64,000 bases of DNA from Scyliorhinus canicula. Lineage: Eukaryota. Position numbers and translations under genes: made by a program. Positions 50,621 to 62,739 of the stretch are shown one piece after another. Under the pieces are notes generated by a model. It was not told the DNA's origin. It saw only the letters and a program-made list of their open reading frames with translations, and ran no database searches. Location of the stretch: positions 42,027,729 through 42,091,728 of the forward strand of contig NC_052158.1 in assembly GCF_902713615.1 (NCBI RefSeq). Direction: 5' to 3'. Position 1 is the first letter of the stretch, and the number at the start of each line of letters is the position of its first letter.

Positions 50621-53600
50621 AAAATATATTTTTATTGGTGTATTTGCAATTTTTATAATAATAACAATAACAGCAACATAAACATGGTACAATAACATTT
50701 ACACCCCCCCTCACAACCTTCACACACCTCAACCATAAAACGACAATCCCTCCCTCCCCTTGGAATACTGCATCTGCTGACAGTTTAATTTTCCCCGCCA
50801 AGTCGACGAACGGCTGCCACATCCGGGTGAACCCTCTTAAGGCAAACTTTATTTTCTTGAGACTGAGAAATCCAGCATATCACTAACCCAGGTCTCTACA
50901 TTCGGGGGTTTCGAGTCCCTCCACATTAACGAGATCCGTCTCCGGGCTACCAGGGAAGCAAAGGCCAAGACGTCAGCCACTTTCGCCCCCTGGACTCCCG
51001 GCTCTTCCGACACTCCAAAGATCGCTACCTCCAGACTCAGCACCACCCGTGTTTTTAGCACCGTGGACATCGCCTTAGCAAAACCCTACCAAAACCCTCT
51101 AAGCTTCAGGCATGTCCAAAACACGTGGACATGATTTGCTGGATTTCCCGCGCACCTCGCACACCTGTCCTCTACCCTGAACAATTTGCTCATCCGGGCC
51201 ACCGTCATGTGTGCCTGGTGGACTACTTTGAATTGTATCGGGCTGAGCCTGGCACATGATGAGGATGCTTTAATCCTGCTTGGAGCATCCGCCCACAGTC
51301 CCGCCTCCATCTTTTCCCCCTAGCTCGTCTTCCCACTTGCCCTTTAGCTTCTCTACCAGAGTTTCCTCTGACTCCATAAGTTCTTGGTGGATGTCTGATA
51401 CCTTCCCCTCTCCCACCCAGGTACTGGAGACAACTCTGTCCTGTATCCCCCGTGGCAGCAGCAGCAGGAAGGCTGGAACCTACCTTCTTAAAAAGTCTTG
51501 CACCTGCAGATACCTAAACTCATTCCCTGCTGGCAATTCAAATTTATCCTCCAAGGCTTTCAAGCTGGGGAAGCTCCCGTCTATAAATAGATCTCCCATC
51601 CTCCTAATTCCTGCCCTTTGCCATCTCCGGAACCCACCATCTAGCCTACGAGGTACAAACTGATGATTATTATAAATCGGGGTCCAAACCGATGCTCCCT
51701 CTACTCTCTCTTATACCTCCTCCATTGCCCTCAGATTCTCAGAGCCACCACCACCACAGGACTTGTGGAGTATCGGACCGGCGAGAACAGGAGAGGTGCC
51801 GTTATCAGTGCCCCCAAACTTGTGTCTTTCCATGACACCGCCTCCATTCGCTCCCACACTGACCCCTCCCCCACTACCGACTTCCTAATCATGGCTATAT
51901 GAGCTGCCCAGTCGTAATTACAAAGGTTCGGCTGCGCCAACCCACCCTCCCCCTGACTGCGCTCCAGCAACACTTTCTTCAATCGCGGGGTTTTACCCAC
52001 CCACACAAAGCCCAAAATAACCTTATTCAGCAGTTTTAAAAAAGCCCTCAGGATGAAGATGGGGAGGCACTGAAAGACAAACAGAAATCTGGGGAGGACC
52101 GTCATTTTCACGGTCTGTTTCCCTCCCCGCCAGTGATAGCGGGAGCATATCCCATCTCTTAAAGTCCCCTTCCATTTGTTCTACGAGCCAAGATAGATTT
52201 AACTTGTGCAGTGCCTCCCATTCCCGAGCCACCCAGATAGCGAACGCTCCTTCCTATAATTCTAAGCGGCAGCTCTCCCGGTTTCTTCTCCTGCCCTCTC
52301 ACCTGTATCACGAACATCTCGCTTTTCCCCATGTTCAATTTATACCCTGAAAAATTACAAAATTCCCCTAAGATCCGCATAACCCCCCATACCCTCCAAC
52401 GAGTCTGAGATATACAAGAGCAAGTCATCTGCGTAAAACGAAATTCGGTGCTCCACCCCCCCACCCCAGATCAGCCTTTCCAGTTCCCAGAGGCTCTTAA
52501 TGCCATGGCCAGTGTTTCTGTGGCCAGAGCAAACAGAGACACTCTTGCCTCGCCCCTCGGTGTAATTTAAAATAACCCAACCTCAACCGGTTTGTACTCG
52601 CTACAGGTTCCTGATAGAGCAACCGCACCCAGTCAATAAAGCCTTCACCAAACCTAAACCTTCCCAGTGCCTCCCACAGGTATTTCCACTCCACCCGATC
52701 AAAAGCCTTCTCCGCATCCATCGTGACCACCACTTCCATCTCCCCTCCTTTTGAGAGCATCATAATAACATTTAAGAGCCTTCAAACATTGGTCTTGAGT
52801 TCCCTGCTCTTTGCAAACCCCGTCTGATCTTCCCCTATCAGCCCGGGACACAGTTCTCTATCCTTGTGGCTAGTACCTTAGCCAGCAGTTTGGCTTCAAC
52901 ATTCAGTAGAAAGATTGGCCTGTATGACCCGCATTGCTCAGGATCCTTCTTCTGTTTCAGGATCAATGAAATCGAGGCCTGCAACATTGTTGGGGGAAGG
53001 ACTCCCTTCTCCCTTGCTTCATTAAATGCCCTCACCAGCAGTGGGCTCAATATCTCCAAAACATCTTATAGAATTCCACCGGAAAGCCATCTGGCCCCGG
53101 GGCCATGCCAGATTGCATGCTCTCCAACCCCTCCATTATTTCTTCACTTTCATTTCGGGCTTCCAACCCCTCTACCAGATCTTCATCCACCCTCAGGAAC
53201 CTCAACTGACCCAAGAACTGCCTCATCCCCTCCACCCCAGCCGGGGGTTCCAACTCTTATCATTTGTTGTAAAAGTCCTTAAACACCTCATTCACCCCCA
53301 CTGGATCCAGGACCGTGTTCCCAACTCTACTCTTTACTCTCCCTGGCCACCTCCCTTTCTCTGAGCTGGTGCGCTAACATACTGCTTGCCTTTTCCCCAT
53401 ACTCATGAATCGCGCCTTGCCTTCCTCAGCTGTTCCACCGCCTTCCCTGTAGATAACGGCCCAAACTCCGCCTGTAACCTCTGCCGCTCCCTCAGTAGCC
53501 CCGTGTCCGGGGCTTCCGAGTATCTGCTGTCCACTGGAGTATCTCCCCAACTACCCTATCCCTCTCAGCTCATTCCACCTTTTCTCTGTGGGCCCGTATC

Positions 53601-54285
53601 AAGATTAATTCCCTCTGACCACTGCCTTCAAAGCTTCCCAGACCATCGCTGCAGAGACCTCCCCTGTATCATTTGTTTCCAGGTAGTTCTGGATGGAATG
53701 TTCACCCGCCCACGGACTGCTTCGTCTGCTAACATCCCCACATCCAGTCTCCACAGCGGGCATTGTCCTCTCTCCAAACTAACCCTTAGATCCACCCAAT
53801 GCGGGGCATGATCGGATACTACGATTGCCGAGTACTCAGTATTAGCCACCCCCGGTAGTAGAGCCCTGCTCAGACCAAAAAAGTTGATCCGAGAGTATGC
53901 CTTGTGGACATAGGAGAAAGAAGAAAACTACCACGCTCTTGGTCATCCATACCTCCATGGGTCTACTCCCCCCATCTGTTCCATAAACCCCTTCAATTCC
54001 TTCGCTGCGGCTAGCACCCTCCCTGTCCTGGATTTTGACCGGTCCAATTCCGGATCAATGACTGTGTTAAAGTCTCACCCCATGATCAAGTTCTGTGACT
54101 CTAAGTCTGGGATCTTACATTGCACCCGTCTCATAAATTCCACATTGTCCCAGTTCGGAGCATATACGTTCACTGGTACCACCCGCACCCCCTCCAGCTT
54201 CCCACTGATCATTATGTACCTGCTCCCTGTGTCTGACACGATTCTCCCTGCCTCAAATGCCATCCGTTTAATCATCAAAATCGCT

Positions 54286-54317
<32 letters not shown>

Positions 54318-56012
54318 AGTCTTTGAGTCCAGCCCTGAGTGGAACACTCGGCCAGCCCACCCCTTCCTCAATCTAATCTGGCCTGTAACCTTTAGGTATG
54401 TCCCTTGTAACATTGCCACGCCCGCCTTCAGCCCCCTCAAATGCGTGAACATGTGAGCCCTCTTGACCGGCCCATTCAACCCTCTAACGACTCGACGCCC
54501 ACCCCGCCCCTGCCAACTAGCCATCACCCGTTTTAGGCCAGCCACCAGGTCGCGTCCCCGGCCTCCTTGAACCCGCCCTCGGGCATCCGCCATCCCTGAC
54601 CTCCCATTTGTCCCCGAGTAATAGTTCCTCCCCTGTCAGCAAAGCAGCCCCCCCCCCTCCTCCCTGGTAACAGCACCAGAAACCCAGACCCAATATCGAG
54701 CTCCAGTTTATCACCTGCTCGCCCCCCCCCCCCCACTGTGCTTCCATTAGTCAGCTGACCTAGCTGACATGATAGTTCCCGCCCATTGCGCCAAACAGAC
54801 TGTCTCCCCATTGTTCTCCCTCCTCCTTGGCCATACATGTTCAAAGAATCACATTCCGCAGTAAACAAACAGTGGAAAAACAACCACAGAAACCGCCCTT
54901 CATCCAGCTCCCAGTAAAAACAAAGTTAACTTTAGCCATCGAAACAGCCCCTTATTGCACATAACACTACTTGTTCAAACCAGCACAAAAGTGATTGTCA
55001 ACAAATTGCCATTGCAATACTCTCCCCAAGGTTTCAGTGTCTTTCGTTCACATCCAGTCTTTTTTCCCTAATGAAAGTCAGTGCATCATCTGGTGTTTCA
55101 AAGTACAATTCCCAGTCCTCTTATGTGACCCACAAACGTGCTGGGTACAACATCTTGAACTTCACCCCCTTCTTAAAGAGTGTCGATTTTGCCCGATTAT
55201 ACCCAGCTTGCCTCTTGGCCAAATCTGCGCCCATGTCCTGATAAATGCGCAGCTCACAATTCTCCCACTTGCTGCTCCGTTCCTTCTTGACCCACCGCAG
55301 AATGTGTTCCTTGTCGGAATCGGTGAATACGTACCACCATCACCCTCGGTGGCTCTTTCGCTCGGGGCTTCTTCGCGAGGGCTCCATGTGCTCTATCCAC
55401 TTCCAGGGGCCGAGGGAACGTCTCAGCCCCCATCAACTTCTCCAGCATGTATGTCACATAGGCCCTCGCATCCGAACCCTCACTGCCTTCAGGGAGGCCG
55501 AAGATTCTCAGATTCTGCCTCCTGGACCTGTCCTCCAAGTCCTCCAGCTTCTCCTGCATTCTTTTCTGGCGGTCATTCATCATCTCCACCTTGGTCTCCA
55601 GCACGGTTATGTATCCTCGTGCTGGGACACCTTTTTCGCCACCTCCTGATTGCACGTCCATGGATTTATTGATTCTGCACCACCTGATCAATCGAAGCCT
55701 TGATCGTGTCTAGCGTGTCTTTCTTAAGCTTGACGTAGCATTCTTCAAAAAACTTCACCAGCTGTTCCGTCGACCACTGTGCCATCTCCCCGCGACCCTG
55801 CTTCTCCGCCATGCTTTCCCGCGTTGCCGGCTCTGCTCGCATCTTTCTTGTAAAACTCTGTCTTCTCACACGGCCACTTCTGGTCCAATTCTCCATACAC
55901 TGGAGGGGGATTTCTCCTCACCGACTCACTGTCCACCGATTCATCTAATAAAATCCAGGAAAAAAAGGGAGAAAAAGGTCCAAAAGTCCATCACAGGCGG
56001 GAGCTTGCTGTT
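50621..56012 (-). mobile_element. Full-length L1-clade LINE (about 5.4 kb), ORFs disrupted
   Basis: ORF1 LEDRSRRQNLRIFGLPEG...LEVDRAH; ORF2 endonuclease VRGLNGPVKR...NVYAPN...GDFN; RT SYRPIFLLN, DAEKAFDRVEW; TSD GGATCTTGCT(G/C)T(T/G)TACTTAA at 50601-50620 and 56013-56032. Confidence 0.9.
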
Positions 56013-56206
56013 GGATCTTGCTCTGTACTTAACAGATGGAAATTATTGTTTATAAAAAATTGAGGATGTGCTGAGAATGAGATAAGGAGCTACTTTTTTT
56101 CGTCAGTGTAAACTTTCTTTAGCTAGCTTACCTTACGTTACATGTCAAAATAGTCTAATTTCTGATCTGAGCTGAAAGTTTCTTAATAATTTGGAATTGA
56201 TTATAG

Positions 56207-56781
56207 TGTCAGGAGATGTACCTTTAATAAATGGGTGTTTATCAAATAGCTACAGTGATGTCATTGTGTGGATGGAGCTGGGTTTTGGTCTCTGGCTTTT
56301 ACTTTCGCTTTGAGCTCAAATGCTGGTGTGTGTCTGTGTTTTAGTTTCATTTTTGAGGTGGGGAGCTACATACAGCCAAACAAGGTGTATGTTGATATCT
56401 CTGCATGTAAAGAATGTCTTCAGATCACTTGCTAATTTAAAAGTGATAACTGCTCTCTGTAGAGAATTTAAACCTGCTTTCTTTGTTTAAAAGGATCTTT
56501 GGCTTATGGATGTGGTTAAGAAAGTTACCAAGGATTACCTATAGAGTATCTTTGGGGGGAGTGTTTGTGTTGTTAGTTGCTAATATTTTTACTGTGTGTT
56601 TATAAAATGTTAACTGGATTCATAGAATAAACATTGTTTTGTTTTAAAATTCTTCAGATCTCTGTTGCATCACAACTGTAAAGTGGGACGTGTGCTCCCC
56701 ACAACAGAAATCTATTAAAAGTTGTGGGTCAGGTGAACTCCATGATACACTTTGGTGTTCTCTAAACCCTGGCCCCTAACA
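56207..56781 (+). mobile_element. Solo LTR of the Gmr1-type family
   Basis: TGTCA...TAACA, 4-bp TSD ATAG (56203-56206, 56782-56785), homologous to 2541-3097. Confidence 0.88.
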
Positions 56782-56882
56782 ATAGTCACTCGTATTTTTT
56801 CCACACTGCATTAATGTACCTATTTTGTTTATCCTGTTACATTGCGTCAGTTAAATGTAGTCATTCTATCTCCTGCCCACAG

Positions 56883-57164
56883 TTGCCCCTCAGATTGCCA
56901 TGTACTCTGAAGATGCTGTAGAATGGGGACAGTCCAACACGTTGATCTGTCTGGCTGATGGATTCTACCCTCCGCGAATCATTATGAAGTGGAAGAAGAA
57001 CAATGAGGATCTGACTGACGGAGTCAACATCACAGAGTACTATACAAAACTGGATTATTCCTACCAGAGATTCACATATCTGAAATTCACCCCGAGTCCA
57101 GGAGACATGTACTCCTGCCATGTGGAGCATGAGGGTCTGGAGGAGCCAACAACAGTATTCTGGG
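56883..57164 (+). CDS. DAA: MHC class II alpha chain exon 3 (alpha-2 Ig C1-set domain)
   Basis: Acceptor CTCCTGCCCACAG|, donor G|GTTAGT, 282 bp; NTLICLADGFYPP..W...YSCHVEH..L..P..VFW with both Ig cysteines and an NIT sequon. Confidence 0.97.
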
Positions 57165-59329
57165 GTTAGTATAGATTTGAGAATAGAGCTGATTTCAGCT
57201 TTATACCCAACCAAGTTTCCTGTCTCCGTTTACATTTTCACCGAAAAGTAGATAGAATCCCATGTACTAAAATGTAATTAGTCTGACTGACTGTTGATTA
57301 AGTGATTTGGGGCATTAATTGTGAACTTAATCTGAAGTCGATCTCAATGTCTAATTAATTAGTCTACACAGAATGAGAAAATTTGGTTCATTGTGTAATC
57401 TTCAGCAGTGAATCTCTGGTCAGTGTTGAACTTTTCCAGCATTGAGTTCTGCAGAAAATATAAGTGGAATTTTCCCTGCAGTGGGTTTGTTGGCAGGCAG
57501 GAGCAGAGAATCCAGCAGGAGCGATAAACGTTGGAACCCTGCCGGTGTGCAAACCGGCTGGTCTCAAACCCATTTGAGAATGTGTGGTGTGCACAGGTTA
57601 GACCTCGGTTTGATCGTGACTTCGACGTTAGTGCAACATAGATAGTCTACCTGCCAGAGCTGAACTTCTCTTGTTGCATTCGATATCACACTGGAGCCTC
57701 CTACTCTTGACGATGTTGTTGATAAGGACACTACTGTGCTACAGCATTCGCGCAGCCTCCATTTTCAGACTTTCACCCGGGGTTACAGAATACGGGGGTC
57801 TTCTCCCGGAGACTGACACCGTTATCTAAAGGCTGCCTTATAGTCAATATCCCTGGGATTGGCGGCTCTGTACTAGGGTTTGGAGGGGATGGCCACTGGG
57901 GGGGCATCTGCAGCTGTAGATAGGGAAGATCTGATACGGGGAGGGAGCAAGTGAAATTGTGCGCTCGTTTAACCGTGCACACAGCCCCCAGATGGGGTGG
58001 GTCAAGATCCACGTGGGGCATGGGGACTTGGCAGATGACATGTTCAAGGGTCAGAATGTCAACCACAACAATGATAGGATCCAGTATTTTGGGGAGGCCG
58101 AAGAATAAAGGGCAGTTCTACCCACACAATGTGATGCTTCAGATAAATCGGAGGCACATGAGCAGTGAGGGATGAAGTGTCAAACACGATTCTGACGTAG
58201 ATGTGTAGCAGCACCATCTTAAGGTCTCATAACAATGGTGTCCAGCAAAAATTAAAGTAACAATGCTTCTGTCTGGGAGGGGTATGAGCAGTATGGGAGG
58301 ACTACTGAGCTACTATCATACTTTTACGCCATGGTAACACCTCCCGTAGTCCTTCGCACTGCTATCAACACCTGGGTGCAGCCCTGGCATCCACAGATGG
58401 GTGGAGGCAGCTTGCCGACTGCTACATCCTGCTCATCCTGTTAACTGTAATGACTTTGGCAGACTTGCTGTGGTATACAGAGACCTGGAGGGCCCCGTCC
58501 TGATAAGAATCTCCTGCTCAGGGGCAGAAGCACCCTCTGTGGCCTGCACTGCTAGAGTGGGTGCAGGCTGAGGCAGATGGGACTGTGAGCAGCTGCACAC
58601 GCCTGGGATGTCCTAAGTGGAGGCTCCTGGGGTGCCATGCTGATGCCCACCAGGATGTGTGGCCATGGAGTAAGGGCCAAGCTCAAATCTGGCTGGACCT
58701 GCTGGACCCAGTTCTCCATGGTGATAGCCAACCTCCCCATGGTGCTCTTGTGTCAGAGCCATGCCATCAGACAGAACGTGGAAGGAGTCCCCTATTTTTA
58801 ACTCTAGTCTGCTGAATGACTCAAACCTCTGCCTGATGCTACCTGTTGGTGCATCTCCAGCATTAAGCAGGCAGCCACTTCAGAGGCTCAGCATCGGACT
58901 GGGACTGAGCAGTTGGCTGGTCTCCTGCAGTCCTCTGACTGCTGGAGACCGGGATGGCCCTGCCTCTGAATGCTGAAGGAATAAGTGAGATGTTTCCCTG
59001 AAAGTGAGTCTGAGCCCAATCTAGAGCTACGTCCCACAAAGGCTTATGTCTCTGCACTGTTGGAGGTGTGGGTGAGCCCTGTGACAGTCCAATAGTGGCA
59101 GCCGAAGAGGATTTTGGGAGAAGTCAACTCAGTCACTTTGACTGGACTGTGAGTAGCCAAAGAACTGGTGTCAAGGAACGGTTAAGCCCAAACACTACAT
59201 CGGTGCTTCTCCCTCTAACCAAAAAAAAAGGCATTGTGAGGAGGACAAGCAAGGGTAAAGAAGGATATCACGGTCAGCAGATTGAGTCTAGGAGAAGTCA
59301 ACTCAGTCACCTCGACCAGCAGAATTGAT

Positions 59330-61890
59330 TGGCTGGTGACTGGTAAGTCGTTCCTTCCATTTTTCTCTTTTTTTTTCTTGGCATTGTAGTAGTTGTCAGT
59401 TAACTTAAGGGTTGAGACTTGTCAGGAAATCCCAGACCCGTGTGTGGGAGTTCAGGGACGTGTCCACTGTCCCTGGCTCCTTCATGTGCGGGAAGTGTGT
59501 CGAGCTGCAGCTCCTGTTAGACCGTATGACGGCTCTGGAGCTGTGGATGGACTCACTTTGGAGCATCCGCGATGCTGAGGAAGTCGTGGATAGCATTCAG
59601 TGAGTTGGTGTCACTGCAGATAAAGAGTACTGAGGGAGATAGGAAATGGATGACCATCTGACAGAGGAAGAGTAGGAAGGCAGTGCAGGGATCCCCTGTG
59701 GGCATCTCCCTCCAAAACAGGTATACCATTTTGGATACTGTTGGGGGAGATGACTCACCAGGGGACGGCAGCAGTAGCCAGGTTCATGGCTCCATGGCTG
59801 GCTCTGCTGCGCAGGAGGGCAGGAAAAAGAATGGCAGAGCTATAGTGATAGGGGATTTGATTGTAAGGGGAGTAGACATGTGTTTTTGCAGACGCAAATG
59901 AGACTCCAGGGAGGTATGTTGGCTCCCAGGTGCAAGGGTCCTGGATGTCTCAGAGCAGCTGCAGGACATTCTAAAGGGGGAGGGTGAACAGCCAGCTGTC
60001 GTGGTGCATATAGGCACCAACGATATTGGTAAAAAATGGGATGAAGTCCTACATGCTGAATTTAGGGAGTTAGGAGATAAACTAAAAAGTAGGACCTCAA
60101 AGGTAATGATCTCGGGATTGCTACCAGTGCCAAGCGCTAGTCAGAGTAGGAATGACAGGATAGACAGGATGAATGCAGGGCTTGAGAGGTGGTGCAAGAG
60201 GGAGGGATTCAGATTTTTGGGACATTGGAACCAGTTCTGGGAGAGGTGAGACCATTACAAATCGGATGGTCTCCACCTGGGCAGGACTGGAACCAATGTC
60301 CCAGGGTGGTTGTTTGCTAGTGTTGTTGGGGAGGATTTAAACCATGGAGGATTTAAATGTGGCAGGGGGATTGGAATGCAGAAAGTCAGAGGGTAGTAAA
60401 AAGAGGATCTTAAAAAGCATTAAAGTAGATACGCTCCCAGGGCCTTATGGGATCCACCCCAAAATACTGAGGGAGGCAAGGGAAGAAATTGCTGGGACCT
60501 TGACAGTAATCTTTTTGTCCTCATTGGCTGCAGGTGAAGTTCCAGAGGACTGGAGAGTAGCCAATGTTGTGCCATTGAAGGGCAGCAAGGATAATCCAGG
60601 AAATTATAGGCCGGTGAGCCTTATGTCAGCAGTAGGGAAATAATTGGTAAAGATTCTTAGAGACAGAATTTAGTCAAATTTGGAAACAAATGGACTTATT
60701 AGTAATGGACAGCATGGTTTTGTGAAGGGAGGTCGTGCCTCACTAATTTGATTTAGTTTTTCGAGGAAGTGACAAAGATGATGGATCAGAGAAAGGCAGT
60801 AGATGTTGTATACATGGACTTCAGTAAAGCCATTGACAAGGTACCTCATGGTAGACTGACACACAAGGTGAAGTCATATGGGATCTGAGGAGAGCTGGCA
60901 AGTTGGATACAGAAATGGCTTGGGCACAGAAGACAGAGGGTAGCAGTAGAAGGGGGCTTTTCTGAATGGAAGGCTGTGACTACCGGCGTTCCACAGAGAT
61001 CAGTTCTGGGACCCTTTTTGTTCATTGTGTATATAAATGATTTGGAAGAAAATGTAGCTGGTCTGATTAGTAAGTTCACAGGCGTCACAAAAATTGGTGG
61101 AGTTGCGGGTAGTGAAGAGGATACAACAGGATATAAACTGGTTGGAGTCTCGGGCAGAGAAATGGAGTTTAATCCGGACAAGTGTGAGGTAATGCACTCT
61201 GGGAGGTCCAATGCATGTCGAAATTACAGTATATGGTAGAACTCTTGTGAGTACTGACAGGCACAGATCTGGGCGTGCATGTCCGCCGATCACTGAAAAT
61301 GGATAAGATGGTTAAGAAGGCATGCGGCATGCTGGCCTTCATCGGTCGGGGCATTGAATATAAAAATTGGCAAGTCCTGTTGAAGCTGTACAGGATGTGG
61401 ATGCTTTGGAGAGGGTACACAAGCAGTTTACTAGGATGTCGCCTGGTGTGGAGGGCATTAGCTATGAGGAGAGGTTAGATAAACTCGGTCTGTTCTCACT
61501 GGAACAACGGAGGTTGAGAGCGACCAGATACAGGTCTACAAGATTATGAGTGGCATGGACAGAGTGCATAGTCAGATGCTCTTTCCTAGGGTAGAAGAGT
61601 CAAGTACGAAGGGACATTGGTTTAAAGTGCATGGGGAAAAGTTCAGAACTGGTGTGCGAGGAAAGTTTTTAACACAGAGTGGTAAATATGTGGAATGCGC
61701 TGCCTGGGGAGGTGGTGGGAGCAGGTGCGATAGCGGCATTTAATGGGCATCTAGACAAATATATGGTGGGAATGGAAGGATACGGACTGCGCAAGTGCAG
61801 ACGGTTTTAATTTTGTTAGGTACCATGATCGGCGCAGGCTTGGAGGGCTGAAGGGCCTGTTCCTGTGCTGCATTGTTCTTTGTTCTTCCT
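59330..61890 (+). mobile_element. CR1 LINE with zinc-finger/SGNH-esterase ORF1, endonuclease deleted, decayed RT
   Basis: CGKCVELQLL; AIVIGDLIVRGVD; VVHIGTNDIGKK; then a jump near 60400 to LKSIKVDTLPGPYGIHPKIL, GNYRPVSL, PQRSVLGP; 3' tail shared with the SINE tails. Confidence 0.85.
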
Positions 61891-62739
61891 GAGTCGCTGC
61901 AGCAGATGTGGTCTGGGGCTTGTAATGCTGCTCAGCTACTTTGATGGCCTCGATCTGCTGGTCCCTAGAAAACAGACAATGGAATTTTAGTTGATGAATA
62001 TTAGCTATATCAGAATACATTTAACTTGCTGTGACTCTCAGGATTTGATGAAATGATGGAGCAGTGACTGTACTAAGTTGTCAGGAGGAGCAGACCTGCT
62101 CTTCCCTATAGGAACAAACCCTGTTCTCTCCAGCAAGGTTGGCTGCCGACTCCTCAAATTCCACAAGCGCAATGAACTCTGCTGTCCCTTCGCCGGCCCC
62201 CGGCCTGGGCTCTCTCCCATTTGTTGTATGCCAGCTTGGTCAGTATGAAGGTGGAGGAAAGGCATATGATTGTGGGGATGTAGCAGAGCCTGAGTGAAAT
62301 GCTTTTCTCCTGAGTGATGATCCCTCTCCAGAAGAGCCAAAGGATTCTTTCAAATTATTAATTCATGGGATATGGGCATCACTGGCTGGGTCTGCATTTA
62401 TTTTTCATTCCTTCAACTGAGTGTCTTGTTAGGCCATTACAGAGTCAAGCACATAGCTGTGGATCTGAAGTCAAGCTCTTGAAGAATCAGAGCGACTCGA
62501 AACGTGAACTGTTTCTCTCTCCACAGATGCCGCCAGAGTTTTCATGCTGAGTTTTCCCGGAATTTTCTGTTTTATTGCTTTGTTCCAGGATTCAGTTACA
62601 CACCTTAGGATAGGGTCCTTTGATTTCATCAGTCAGGGAGACGAGGGCATTAATGCAGGTATGGGATCGAGAAGGCAGAAGTAGAGGAACCTCAGCTTTT
62701 GCAATAGTCCACCAGGTTTGGGGGCCTTGCAGCCTTTAT

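Larger units (their letters stand above)
11241..57164 (+). other. DAA: MHC class II alpha gene, exons 1-3 (TM/cytoplasmic exon not found in window)
   Basis: 67+249+282 = 598 nt in one open frame with GT-AG phase-1 introns of 21139 and 24187 bp. Confidence 0.9.

Noticed and set aside
54287-54317. Long C or G homopolymers (also about 5549-5581, 27291-27312, 48685-48705)
   Set aside because: They sit inside transposons at short ancestral runs; the length may be slippage or sequencing error, and no function is supportable.
62470-62580. Sense-strand hammerhead-like relics (also about 7460-7560 and 10580-10690)
   Set aside because: Core or stem II is disrupted (for example TTGAAGA, missing GAAAC context); not called as functional ribozymes.
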